The translations under genes and the position numbers were made by a program. This document shows positions 27,011 through 36,793 of a stretch of DNA of 64,000 nucleotides, in pieces (the stretch's first letter is position 1; each line of letters starts with the position of its first letter). Source of the DNA: an uncultured Methanosarcinales archaeon (GTDB taxonomy: Archaea > Nanobdellota > Nanobdellia > Woesearchaeales > GW2011-AR9); contig CAYFMJ010000001.1 in assembly GCA_964344235.1 (NCBI GenBank), positions 1 through 64,000 on the forward strand, written 5' to 3'. The notes beneath the pieces were generated by a model. That model did no database searches, had not been told where the DNA came from, and was given only the letters and a program-made list of their open reading frames with translations.

Positions 27011-28105
27011 ATGATTCACTTAGACGGTTCGTATGGAGAAGGCGGTGGTGCTTTAGTCCGCACAGCTCTGGCACTTTCTGTATTTACTGGAAAACCGTTT
27101 AGTGTGGATAAGATAAGAGCGGGGAGAAAGGTTCCGGGATTAAAACCGCAGCATCTGAAAGCGATTGAGGCGTTGAAAGAAATTTGTGGCGCTGAAGTTG
27201 GAGAAGTGGAGTTGGGTTCTATGACATTAGCGTTTACTCCAGGGAAGGTAAAGAAAGGAACATATACTATTGATATTGGGACGGCAGGAAGTATTACGTT
27301 GTTATTACAATCACTAATTCTCCTATGTATGTTTGCACCCGGAACTGTAACATTGCGAGTTATTGGAGGGACGTGTGGGAAGTGGCAGGCAGGCGTTGAT
27401 TATTTACAGAATATTCTGTTGCCATATCTTGAACGATTTGTGGAGAAAATTGAAATGAAGATTTTGAAGCGAGGGTATTATCCAAGAGGAGGTGGTGAGG
27501 TTGAGTTAAAGATTACACCGCGGTGGAAATTGAAAGATTTTGATTCTTATTCCGCACTGTTGGAAGAAGTGCGAGTGAAGACAGCGAAGATTGCATTGAG
27601 TGCGCAAGGCAAGTTAGAGCAGATACGAGGAGTGGTGAATGTTTCTTCCGAATTACAAGAGAAAGAAGTAGGAGAGAGAATTCAAAGAGTGTGTGAAGGG
27701 GATTTAAAAAAGTTAGGAGTGCCAGTAAATGTAAGAGTAGATTATGTTAATTCTCTAAGTGTTGGAGGAGAGGTTTTATTGTGGGGTGTGTTTAGTAATA
27801 ACGGACAGGTAGATTATGATAATCCCGTGTTATTAGGTGGGGATGCGTTAATTGAGAAAGGTAAGCGAAGTGAAGAGGTTGGAAAGGAGGCTGTTGCGGA
27901 ATTGTTAGAGGAAGTGGAGAGTGAAGCGGCTGTTGACGTACATTTAGCAGATATGTTGATTCCGTTTATGGGTTTGTTGTGTGGTTCTTCGATTGAGGTT
28001 AGTTCTGTTAGCGATCATGTTTTAACAAATATCTATGTGGTAGAGAAGTTTCTGGATGTAGGTTTTTCTGTTGAAGGGAAGAGAATTAGGGTTGAGAAGT
28101 GTTAG
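27011..28105 (+). CDS. rtcA: RNA 3'-terminal phosphate cyclase
   Basis: LDGSYGEGGGALVRTALALS, IRAGRKVPGLKPQHL, RGYYPRGGGEV, DVHLADML. Confidence 0.93.
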   Translation: MIHLDGSYGEGGGALVRTALALSVFTGKPFSVDKIRAGRKVPGLKPQHLKAIEALKEICGAEVGEVELGSMTLAFTPGKVKKGTYTIDIGTAGSITLLLQSLILLCMFAPGTVTLRVIGGTCGKWQAGVDYLQNILLPYLERFVEKIEMKILKRGYYPRGGGEVELKITPRWKLKDFDSYSALLEEVRVKTAKIALSAQGKLEQIRGVVNVSSELQEKEVGERIQRVCEGDLKKLGVPVNVRVDYVNSLSVGGEVLLWGVFSNNGQVDYDNPVLLGGDALIEKGKRSEEVGKEAVAELLEEVESEAAVDVHLADMLIPFMGLLCGSSIEVSSVSDHVLTNIYVVEKFLDVGFSVEGKRIRVEKC

Positions 28106-28923
28106 GTGATTTTCTTAAGGATAAAATTAACTTCGTTCATTTCACTTGAATCTGCAATAACAATATCGAATTTTTCTTTATACACAGGGAGTAACTTTTC
28201 AACATCTCTATTTAGAAAACCAATCTTTAGAATTGTATCGTGTGCGATTCCAGCGGCCATGCCTACGTCTGCTAAACTATCACCAAGGAGAATAACATTT
28301 GGTTTGTTTTGAATCTCTTGGAGGTATGGACTTTCTTGAATAGCATACTCGTGTTTATTTACAACTGTGATGAATTTGTCTTTTACTCCTGTTACTACGC
28401 CCATTTCATTGAATTTGTAAAAGTTAGAGATGATGTGGACGTTTGGAGTTAATAGGTTATTGTGTTTTAGAAACTCTTCAATGACATTACCGATACCTGC
28501 TGAGAAAATCAAAAGAGGAATGTTGTGTTTCGCAAGGGTTTCAAAGAACTCCGTTGCGCCACCCCGTAATTTGAGGTCGTTACTTCTGGCAAGGTCTTGG
28601 ATAACACCTTTATGCATGCCACTCTCCCGCATTAATTGGTAGTGGGATTCCCACCATTCCTGCATTTTCTGATAGCGTTCCTCTTCTGTGATGTCTGTAG
28701 AGATTTCATAAGGATAGTATTGATCAAATAATGCGTGTGCTTTTTCTGCGTACTCTGGAGTTAAATATTTGCCGTTACGAAGGTGCATATACACTGATTG
28801 TACTTTCAGTCCGTCAACAAAAGCTTTTGTTAGTGTTTTATCAAAATCTGCTACAACATGGAAATTCGTTTTTGTGAAAGCGTTGAGTTTCTCTTTGGCC
28901 TGTGGTTGGAAATGCGTAGTCAT
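28102..28923 (-). CDS. HAD 5'-nucleotidase of the cN-III (NT5C3) family, cN-IIIB-like
   Basis: ADFDKTLT, YYPYE, MQEWW, IFSAGIGNVIE, IISN, LLGDS, KIGFLN. Confidence 0.88.
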   Translation of the reverse strand: MTTHFQPQAKEKLNAFTKTNFHVVADFDKTLTKAFVDGLKVQSVYMHLRNGKYLTPEYAEKAHALFDQYYPYEISTDITEEERYQKMQEWWESHYQLMRESGMHKGVIQDLARSNDLKLRGGATEFFETLAKHNIPLLIFSAGIGNVIEEFLKHNNLLTPNVHIISNFYKFNEMGVVTGVKDKFITVVNKHEYAIQESPYLQEIQNKPNVILLGDSLADVGMAAGIAHDTILKIGFLNRDVEKLLPVYKEKFDIVIADSSEMNEVNFILKKIT

Positions 28924-29002
28924 TTCGCTTGATTAGTAGATAAATTTTATATAGGTTTAGTTTGTATTAATTGTTATACATTAAAAACAGGGGGTTTTAA
29001 CT

Positions 29003-30142
29003 ATGATTTTGAAGAAATATATGATTGTTGTTCTTGCACTCGTTGCGTTAGTGCTCATTGTAGGATGTGGTACTGATAGCGGAGAGGTGCAAGTTGTTGA
29101 GAAAGGAAGTGGATCAGACAAGATAATGTTTGGTTACCTTGGACCACTTACTGGAGATGTTAGTTTTATCGGTCAACAAAACAAAGCGGCCGTAGAACTT
29201 GCAGTAGAAGAAATTAACAATGCTGGGGGGATCAATGGGAAGATGATTCACGTTGTCTATGAAGATGGACGTTGTAGTGCAAAGGATGCTGCTAGCGCAG
29301 GAAGTAAGTTAATTAGTATCAATCGAGTTGATTACATTATCGGAGGAGCATGTTCCGGGGAAACACTGGCTGTCGCTCCGCTTGCTGAAGCGAATAAAGT
29401 AATCATGATGTCACCAGTATCATCTAGTCCTGACGTAACATATGCAGGAGATTATATCTTTCGAGATTATGTGAATGACAACGATGCGGGAAGAATCGTA
29501 GCTGAGAAAATGTACGAAGCCGGCCACAAAGAGGTTGCACTTTTGTTTAGTTTAAACGATTGGGCGCAGGCAATTTCGGAAGTATTCAAGAAGGAGTTCG
29601 AAGCGCTTGGTGGAACTGTAACGTTTGAAGAATCATTCGTACAAGGTTCAAAAGATTTGCAGTCCGTTGTTACAAAAGTAAAAAGCAGCGGAGCAGATGG
29701 AGTGGCGTTCTTTGAGTACACACAAGGGGCTGTTGCGTTCTTTAAGCAGAAAGAAGAATTAGGCCTAGATGTTCCAGTGTACGGAGCAGACACATTAAAC
29801 GACCCAGAGATTGCTGAAGGAGCAGGCGTAGGATTTGATGGAACGAAGTATGTTATCCTTAAAGATGCATATTCTGATGAGTTCAAAGCAAAGATTGCAG
29901 CAAAGACTGGAGAAAGTGACGTCAAAATCGGAACTGCAAATTCCTATGATGCTGTTAAGATTCTAGCAAAAGCAATCTCAGAAGTTGGCGATGATACGAC
30001 AAAAGTAAAAGAATGGTTGTATAATATGCCACTATATGATGGAGAGTCTGGCTCTGTTGCTTTTGACGAAAATGGAGACTTAGCAGACGCAGAGTTCTCA
30101 CTGTGGGAAGTACAAAACGGAGAATCTGTCGTTATTGGATAA
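29003..30142 (+). CDS. livK: Branched-chain amino-acid ABC transporter substrate-binding lipoprotein
   Basis: Lipobox IVG-C22; GPLTG, AVEEINNAGGINGK, YEDG, YDAV. Confidence 0.9.
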   Translation: MILKKYMIVVLALVALVLIVGCGTDSGEVQVVEKGSGSDKIMFGYLGPLTGDVSFIGQQNKAAVELAVEEINNAGGINGKMIHVVYEDGRCSAKDAASAGSKLISINRVDYIIGGACSGETLAVAPLAEANKVIMMSPVSSSPDVTYAGDYIFRDYVNDNDAGRIVAEKMYEAGHKEVALLFSLNDWAQAISEVFKKEFEALGGTVTFEESFVQGSKDLQSVVTKVKSSGADGVAFFEYTQGAVAFFKQKEELGLDVPVYGADTLNDPEIAEGAGVGFDGTKYVILKDAYSDEFKAKIAAKTGESDVKIGTANSYDAVKILAKAISEVGDDTTKVKEWLYNMPLYDGESGSVAFDENGDLADAEFSLWEVQNGESVVIG

Positions 30143-30216
30143 TCTTTTCTTTTTTTCTTTTTATTTTACTTCTGATATATAATAAACATTAAAAATAGTG
30201 GCTGTTTCTCTGATCT

Positions 30217-31101
30217 ATGGGATTATTTGCACAGTTATTGGTTAATGGTTTAATTGCAGGATCAATCTACGCATTAGTAGCGTGTGGTTTCTCGCTAATT
30301 TACGCAACAAATAGGTTTATGCACTTTGCCCATGGAACGAGTGTCGCTGTTGGGGCGTACTTGTTGTTAGCGTTGTTTAAGTTGTTTGGTCTGCCGTTTT
30401 ATTTAGCATGCATTTTGACAATAATCTTATCTGGGTTTTTGGGGGTTGCGTTGTATCAATTAGTATATGTCCCTCTGCAAAAGAAGAAAGCGTCAAATAT
30501 TATTTTATTGATTGCAAGTATTGGCATATTGATTTTATTTGAGAACATTCTGCAGATCATTTTCGGACCAGATACAGAAACGATTGGCTATATCAAAATT
30601 GCACAAGGGATCTCTGTCCTAGGAGCTTTCATTACCCCATTACAAATTGTGATTATTGTCGTGTCGTTGGTGTTGTTGGTTGCTCTTTATCTGTTCATGA
30701 AGAAAACGAAACTCGGCAGACATATGCGGGCTGTCGCGGATAATAAAGAGTTAGCGAGTGTCGTGGGAATTAATCATAAACGCATTGCGTATTACTCATT
30801 CTTTATTGGATCTGCATTAGCAGGGATTGCGGGTATTTTGATTGGTTTGGAACAAAACGTGGAACCAGTTATGGGGACAATGTTAATTGTGAAAGGGTTT
30901 ACAGGAGCGGTTATTGGAGGTGTAACATCTGTCCCTGCTTCAATTGTGGGAAGTTATCTTCTTGGATTGGTGGATAATTTTGGCGTCTGGTATTTGCCAT
31001 CAGGATATAAAGATGCGATTGCGTTTGGATTACTGTTCATATTTTTATTGTTTAAACCGACAGGTATATTTGGAATAAACAAGGGGATTAAAGATGTTTG
31101 A
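30217..31101 (+). CDS. livH: Branched-chain amino-acid ABC permease
   Basis: QLLVNGLIAGSIYALVACGFSLIY, FAHG, TKLGRHMRAVADN. Confidence 0.93.
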   Translation: MGLFAQLLVNGLIAGSIYALVACGFSLIYATNRFMHFAHGTSVAVGAYLLLALFKLFGLPFYLACILTIILSGFLGVALYQLVYVPLQKKKASNIILLIASIGILILFENILQIIFGPDTETIGYIKIAQGISVLGAFITPLQIVIIVVSLVLLVALYLFMKKTKLGRHMRAVADNKELASVVGINHKRIAYYSFFIGSALAGIAGILIGLEQNVEPVMGTMLIVKGFTGAVIGGVTSVPASIVGSYLLGLVDNFGVWYLPSGYKDAIAFGLLFIFLLFKPTGIFGINKGIKDV

Positions 31102-31966
31102 TGCGTTTATTATTCATTTATTGATCTTAATTGGCATTTATGTAATCTTAGCGGTAAGCTTGAATGTTGCAATTGGATATACGGGATTACTAAATTTAGG
31201 ACACATTGCATTTTTTGGCATAGGAGCGTACACATCGGCATTGTTAACGAAAGCGGGAGTGCCGTTTGTCATAGCGTTTATTGTAGCAGGATTGTTTACC
31301 ACGGTGTTTGGCTATGTGCTAGTATTAGCAACCGGAAAGTTGAAAGGAGATTATCTTGCATTAGCAACGTTAGGATTTAATTTTGTGATTTATTCTGTAT
31401 TGTTAAATTGGGTTTCCCTCACTAGGGGGCCGTTAGGCATTCCGGGAATTGATAAACCGTCTTTCTTGGGGGTGGCAATTAGTTCGAATACGGGATACTT
31501 GGTGTTTGTGATTATTATTACAGTAATAGCTGTGTGGTTAATGCATCGAATTGTTTCTTCGCCATTCGGCAAGTTGCTACAAGCAACACGGGATGATGAA
31601 GTTGGGTTGAGAGTATTAGGAAAAAATACGTTCAAATTAAAGTGGAAAGCAATGATGATTTCAGCGTTCTTTGCAGGCATTGCCGGAAGTTTATTTGCAC
31701 ATTATATTTCATTCATCGATCCGACGTCGTTTAATTTGAAAGAAATTATTTTGATTTTAACAATTGTAATTGTCGGTGGAGCAGCATCGATTAAAGGCAG
31801 TATTATCGGAACGTTTGTGATTATTTTATTACCGGAAGCGTTACGGTTCTTAGCGTTGCCAAGTTCGATCCTAGGACCTGCACGGCAGGTGGTGTATGCA
31901 GTTATTTTATTGGCTATCTTGCTCTATAGACCACGAGGAATCTTTGGGAGGGTTGATTTAGTATGA
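31094..31966 (+). CDS. livM: Branched-chain amino-acid ABC permease
   Basis: GYTGLLNLGHIAFFGIGAY, KGDYLALATLGF, LTRGPLG. Confidence 0.93.
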   Translation: MFDAFIIHLLILIGIYVILAVSLNVAIGYTGLLNLGHIAFFGIGAYTSALLTKAGVPFVIAFIVAGLFTTVFGYVLVLATGKLKGDYLALATLGFNFVIYSVLLNWVSLTRGPLGIPGIDKPSFLGVAISSNTGYLVFVIIITVIAVWLMHRIVSSPFGKLLQATRDDEVGLRVLGKNTFKLKWKAMMISAFFAGIAGSLFAHYISFIDPTSFNLKEIILILTIVIVGGAASIKGSIIGTFVIILLPEALRFLALPSSILGPARQVVYAVILLAILLYRPRGIFGRVDLV

Positions 31967-32697
31967 CTGCTCTCGAAGTAAAGGAAGTGTACAAAGCGTT
32001 TGGTGGAGTGAAAGCGTTGAATGGTTGCAGCTTTGCCGTGGAGAAAGGAAAAATTACTGCATTAATTGGACCAAACGGATCTGGGAAGTCAACTATTTTT
32101 AATGTTATCTCTCGCATACTGAAAGAAGATGCAGGCACAGTTGTGTTGCAGGGTAATGATGTGACTGCGGTGAAAGATTTTGCAGTGGCACGGCAAGGAG
32201 TTGCGAGGACATTTCAGCAGGTTCGCTTGTTCAAGAACTTAACGATTCAAGAACATTTAGAAATTGCGATGGATGAACAGGATGAGGGGATGTTGAAAAA
32301 TTTATTTCGAAGAAAGCGTGGTGGATTGCAGAGGATTAGAGAAGTGTTAGCAATTGTAGGATTAGATAAACCGCTTTCCACATACGCAACTGATTTATCC
32401 TACGGACAGCGGAAGTTGTTAGATTTAGCAATTGCCATTGCCAAACCACATTCAGTATTGATGTTAGATGAGCCAGTAGCTGGAGTGAATCCAGCGTTAC
32501 GGCAGGAGATTAAGAGAATTCTGCGAGACTTACATGCGAATGGTGAAACGATTTTAGTGATTGAACACGATATGAATTTTGTGATGGACTTAGCAGAATA
32601 CATTTTTGTGCTTGACCAGGGCAAAGTGATTGCAGCAGGAAAACCAAAGACAATTCAAAATAACAAAAAGGTATTGAATGCGTATCTAGGAGAGTAG
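31963..32697 (+). CDS. livG: Branched-chain amino-acid ABC ATPase
   Basis: GPNGSGKST, RTFQ, LSYGQRK, LDEPVAG, IEHDM. Confidence 0.94.
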   Translation: MTALEVKEVYKAFGGVKALNGCSFAVEKGKITALIGPNGSGKSTIFNVISRILKEDAGTVVLQGNDVTAVKDFAVARQGVARTFQQVRLFKNLTIQEHLEIAMDEQDEGMLKNLFRRKRGGLQRIREVLAIVGLDKPLSTYATDLSYGQRKLLDLAIAIAKPHSVLMLDEPVAGVNPALRQEIKRILRDLHANGETILVIEHDMNFVMDLAEYIFVLDQGKVIAAGKPKTIQNNKKVLNAYLGE

Positions 32698-32698
32698 A

Positions 32699-33409
32699 AT
32701 GTTAACGATTACAGGATTAAATGCTGGGTATGGGGAATTACATATTTTGAAGGATGTAGGAATTACTGTGAAAGCAAAACAAATGGTAGCGCTGATTGGA
32801 CCAAACGGCGCTGGAAAGTCAACGGTGTTGAAATCGATTTTCAACATTGCTAAGGTATTGGGTGGGAAGATTGAGTTTAATGAGAAAGACGTTACCGGTT
32901 TAAGAACACATGAGTTGTTAGGAGTAGGGATTAGTTATGTGCCGCAAGGAAGAATTAATTTTTCTGAGTTGACTGTATTAGAAAATTTAGAAATTGGTGG
33001 AGATATGATTAAAGATAAAGCAGTAATGCGGGAGCATTTAGAGAAAGTATTTGAGAAATTGCCAATCCTACGAGAGAAGCAGGATGATTTAGCATTTTCA
33101 TTAAGTGGAGGACAGCAGCAGATGTTAGCGCTAGGAAGGGCGTTGATGCAGAATCCACAATTGTTGTTATTAGATGAACCAACATTAGGGTTGAGTCCAA
33201 AGTTGCAGAAAGAGTTGTTCGCGACGTTACGTCGGTTACGAGATGAGGAAGGACTAGCGATTTTAATTGTGGAGCAGAATGCGAAGAAAGCGATAGAAGC
33301 AGCTGATAGGACGTATTTGTTAGAGAATGGAAAAGTTGCTTTGGAAGGAGGGAAAGAGATTGTGAAGAACCCTAAGATTAAAAGTATCTATTTAGGTGGG
33401 CATTATTAA
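32699..33409 (+). CDS. livF: Branched-chain amino-acid ABC ATPase
   Basis: GPNGAGKST, YVPQGR, LSGGQQQMLALGRAL, LDEPTLGLSP. Confidence 0.94.
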   Translation: MLTITGLNAGYGELHILKDVGITVKAKQMVALIGPNGAGKSTVLKSIFNIAKVLGGKIEFNEKDVTGLRTHELLGVGISYVPQGRINFSELTVLENLEIGGDMIKDKAVMREHLEKVFEKLPILREKQDDLAFSLSGGQQQMLALGRALMQNPQLLLLDEPTLGLSPKLQKELFATLRRLRDEEGLAILIVEQNAKKAIEAADRTYLLENGKVALEGGKEIVKNPKIKSIYLGGHY

Positions 33410-33446
33410 GAGAAAATTTATAAATAACTCGGGTTCTGCAGTGAGT

Positions 33447-33617
33447 ATGGAAGCAAAATTATGTCAAGCGACAAAAAAGCGAATTGAAAACGATTCGGGG
33501 GCAGTAACGTTCATGTGTCCACAGTGTGGTAAGCATGAAATTGTGCGGAGTTCATTTGCTCGAAAGAATGCAATCCCGTACACTTGTCCTGAATGTGGGT
33601 TTACAGGTCCTAATTAG
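33447..33617 (+). CDS. Zinc-ribbon protein of the DUF1610/HVO_2753 family
   Basis: FMCPQCG...YTCPECGFTGP; the usual archaeal position upstream of EF-1beta. Confidence 0.85.
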   Translation: MEAKLCQATKKRIENDSGAVTFMCPQCGKHEIVRSSFARKNAIPYTCPECGFTGPN

Positions 33618-33628
33618 AGGTGAATTTT

Positions 33629-33907
33629 ATGGCAAAAGCAATTATTACATTTAAATTAATGCCTGAATCTATCGATATAGATTTGGCACCAATTCAAGAG
33701 AAGGCGTTAGAGATTGCTAAAGGAGCAGGCTCTATCGGAGAAATGCAAGCGAAACAGGAACCTATTGCGTTCGGTTTGAAAGCAGTTCTTGTATTAGCGA
33801 TGTATGAAGTTGAGGGTAGTGATTTTGACGGTATTGCAGCAAAGATGGGCGAGTTAGAGGGTGTGCAAACTGCTGAGGTTGCTAAAATGGATTTAGCATT
33901 GGGATAG
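33629..33907 (+). CDS. ef1b: Elongation factor 1-beta
   Basis: KLMPESIDIDL, EPIAFGLKAV, LEGVQTAEV; SD GAGGTGA. Confidence 0.92.
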   Translation: MAKAIITFKLMPESIDIDLAPIQEKALEIAKGAGSIGEMQAKQEPIAFGLKAVLVLAMYEVEGSDFDGIAAKMGELEGVQTAEVAKMDLALG

Positions 33908-34027
33908 ATGGCGAGAAGTGAACTGATTTCTATTCTAGTAGAAAAGTCTCAATCCGGTGAACGGAGAGATTTTAGAGCTGCTTCTGATTTATCTATAAGG
34001 AGTTTCTATAAAGGCGGGGGAGTTAGT

Positions 34028-34207
34028 ATGGCTACTGAACTTCTAAGATTTTATGAAGACATGTTAGTGCCACTCTACACAAAACTGGTACAAGGGTGCC
34101 CCCCAAGCCAATTTGAATCATTAGCTGATGATATTGAACATTTAGAAGCAGAGCGGAGCCATATTGTTGATTATATTCCTCAGTTACGTGGTAGCTTTTT
34201 GCATTAA
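34028..34207 (+). CDS. Small helical hypothetical protein
   Basis: MATELLRFYEDML...IPQL; start at the ATG at 34028 within track ORF 33908-34207. Confidence 0.45.
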   Translation: MATELLRFYEDMLVPLYTKLVQGCPPSQFESLADDIEHLEAERSHIVDYIPQLRGSFLH

Positions 34208-34257
34208 TCGTTTTCAGAGATAATATAATTGCAATAAGTATAAAAAGCTGGCGTTCT

Positions 34258-34545
34258 TTGAACATTTTTATGGTTATTGATACTATATTCCAAACGATAT
34301 CTGCCTATCTTCCATTTAGGAATAACGGTGATAAAAAAGGATGCGAAGAACGAAGAGTGCCATGGGCTGCTATAGAGTTTTACAGATTCTATGGCGAAAG
34401 AATAGATATAATTGAGCATTATGTGGCTGATAATGATTTGAGTCTGGATGAGGTGCGTTGTCTTGAGAATTTAGCTCAACAGCTTCGGGAGAGAAGAAGA
34501 GAGATGGAGGACGAACATCCAGGACTGCCAATTATTTGCCCTTAA
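34258..34545 (+). CDS. Small helical hypothetical protein
   Basis: 95-aa ORF; weak similarity to the upstream ORF. Confidence 0.5.
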   Translation: MNIFMVIDTIFQTISAYLPFRNNGDKKGCEERRVPWAAIEFYRFYGERIDIIEHYVADNDLSLDEVRCLENLAQQLRERRREMEDEHPGLPIICP

Positions 34546-35650
34546 GAATCCTGATTACTTCTTTGATTGACTTTTTTGTTTTAATTCCATTTAAAGAGAA
34601 ATGGGTCCGGACACCACGGAGGTTCTTTGTTGGCACGTCAAGTTTTGGACAGGCAATATAGTGTTTCTTGCTGATGACGTGGAGGTCATAAAAGCCAGGG
34701 AGATTGAGAGTGGATTCTTTTTGTAATGCTTCAAGAAATTTTTGTTCCTCTGGAAATGTGTTGTTTTTGACCATTGTCTTAAGAAGTTTAGAATCGAACA
34801 ATTTTCCAACCCATAATGGTCCTGCTACTTGGTTGAAGTTCTTTTCATTGTTACTCGGAGAAGTTTTGAATTCACTTGTTTTAGAGTTGTAAAGGAAGTA
34901 TTGATGTTGTTTCAGGAGATTATCACATTTCGTTTTACCACTGTCAGAGCGGAGGTAGATACGGACGTAATGGTCTTTGTGGTAACTTAGGATTGGAGTG
35001 AGTGCTTTCTCAAATTGTGCGCCAAGTAGTTGAATTTTTCGAATAAGAATTCTAATACCAATTTCGTGCATTAAATGATTCCGTAGCGGAGTTGCCCAAT
35101 ATTTACGTTTGGTGACGTTTTCATACGTTCCTGAAAGAGCAGCAGTGTCAGTTGCTGTAACAGCGATAATTCCTTTACGGGAAATTCTAGCGATAGCAGC
35201 TGAGAGGAAAGGGTTGGGGGAACCAAACGGATCGAGGTCGATGTAGTCGAAATAGCCGCAAAAACTTTTAGGTTTAGTTTTTGAATTGATTTGGTTGAGT
35301 AAGAAGAGAGATGCCTCTTCGTTTGTTATGGTGGTTTTTTTGGTTTTGATATTATTTGTTTTGAAGTTTTTGGTAAGTGTTTTGTTGAAATTCTCTTTTT
35401 TATCGTTGAAAAAAATGTGGTTGATTTTTTCTTTTGAGAGTTCTTTCAGAAAGCGTACGCCACGTATACCAGAACCTGCTAACGGTAAAGCAATGTTCAT
35501 GTCTTTGTTTAGAATAGAGTTGAGTAACGTTATGGAGATGTTTCTGTTGGAAACCATTATTGGATTGTAGAACACATCCATTTTTTTAGAAACGTTTTTT
35601 GTTGAATGGGAAACGCGGATTGTGGTGGAGTGTTCGGTTATTGATTGCAT
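34532..35650 (-). CDS. trm1: tRNA (guanine-26-N2)-dimethyltransferase
   Basis: VFYNPIMVSNRNIS, LAGSGIRGVRF, YIDLDPFGSP, VTATDTAAL, GPLWVGKL. Confidence 0.93.
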   Translation of the reverse strand: MQSITEHSTTIRVSHSTKNVSKKMDVFYNPIMVSNRNISITLLNSILNKDMNIALPLAGSGIRGVRFLKELSKEKINHIFFNDKKENFNKTLTKNFKTNNIKTKKTTITNEEASLFLLNQINSKTKPKSFCGYFDYIDLDPFGSPNPFLSAAIARISRKGIIAVTATDTAALSGTYENVTKRKYWATPLRNHLMHEIGIRILIRKIQLLGAQFEKALTPILSYHKDHYVRIYLRSDSGKTKCDNLLKQHQYFLYNSKTSEFKTSPSNNEKNFNQVAGPLWVGKLFDSKLLKTMVKNNTFPEEQKFLEALQKESTLNLPGFYDLHVISKKHYIACPKLDVPTKNLRGVRTHFSLNGIKTKKSIKEVIRILKGK

Positions 35651-35681
35651 GGAATGAAAAGAAGAAAGTGGTTTAAGAATC

Positions 35682-36716
35682 TTACGACATTTCTCGATAT
35701 ATTTGGACAGTGGTGGTGAACAATGCTAAGATAATTGGTCCAAAGAATAAGCCGAGAATACCGAAGACTTGTAAGCCACCAAGAACGCCAAGGAAAATGG
35801 CGAACGATGAGAGTTTGATTTTATTCCCAATCAATTTTGGTTTCAGGAAGTTGTCAACATAACCAAGTACAACAACGGAGAAGATGATGAGGATAATCGC
35901 TTTGACAATACTTCCCTGGATGAATAGGATGATAGCAGCAGGTATCCAGATCAGAGCTGCACCAACTGCTGGAATGAACGCGAGAATGGCCATGATTAAA
36001 CCCCAGAATAAAGGCAGTGGTAAACCAAGCAGAGCGAAGATGACGCCGCCAAAGAAGCCTTGCAATAAAGCCGTGCTGATATTCCCACCAACAACTGCGT
36101 TAATGGTTTGTTTTAGTCTGTCATAAATTCGGTGTTTGTATGCTTTCTTTAAAGGAATTGTTTCCAATAATGTTTCTTTGAATTCTCTGCCATGTTGTAG
36201 GAAGTAGAATGTTGCGAAGACCATGATGACTAAGAAAATGATTGCAGAGACAAAACCGCTAATTACATCGGAGATACTTTTGAAAAATAATGAACCGGCT
36301 GTTTGCAGAAGTTCGCCACTTTTTTGGGTGAAGCCTTCAGAGCGGAGATCGGTTTTCAGTTCCTTCGTTGCATCACAGAGGAAGCCTTCACGGCAATCAT
36401 GGTCACCCACATAGAGATTAATGTAATGTTCCGTTCTTTGAGAAAGGTCTTGTACTTGTTCCGCTAATGGAAGAACAAGACCGGCAAAGAGGACCAATAA
36501 GATAACTAAACCAAATAAGCCAACCAGTATTTGTGTTACAACTGTAGATTTTACTTTGCTTTGAATCCACTTGTATAGTGGAGATAAGAAATATGCAAGC
36601 AGTGCCCCTACGAGTAACGCGCTAAGATAGGGTTTAATGATGTATAAAGAGAGTGCTAAGAGTGCTACGAAGATTCCAATCATCACCCACTTCTTTTGTT
36701 GGTCTGAAAAGGCCAT
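35682..36716 (-). CDS. AI-2E family (PerM-like) transporter
   Basis: LAFIPAVGAALIWIP, DNFLKPKLIG, GILGLFFGP. Confidence 0.9.
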   Translation of the reverse strand: MAFSDQQKKWVMIGIFVALLALSLYIIKPYLSALLVGALLAYFLSPLYKWIQSKVKSTVVTQILVGLFGLVILLVLFAGLVLPLAEQVQDLSQRTEHYINLYVGDHDCREGFLCDATKELKTDLRSEGFTQKSGELLQTAGSLFFKSISDVISGFVSAIIFLVIMVFATFYFLQHGREFKETLLETIPLKKAYKHRIYDRLKQTINAVVGGNISTALLQGFFGGVIFALLGLPLPLFWGLIMAILAFIPAVGAALIWIPAAIILFIQGSIVKAIILIIFSVVVLGYVDNFLKPKLIGNKIKLSSFAIFLGVLGGLQVFGILGLFFGPIILALFTTTVQIYREMS

Positions 36717-36793
36717 GTGTTAGAGAAAGATTGAGGGTATATAAAAGTTACTTCGTAGTTACATTTAAAAAGTTGGGGTTGTGGGAGTAGAAT

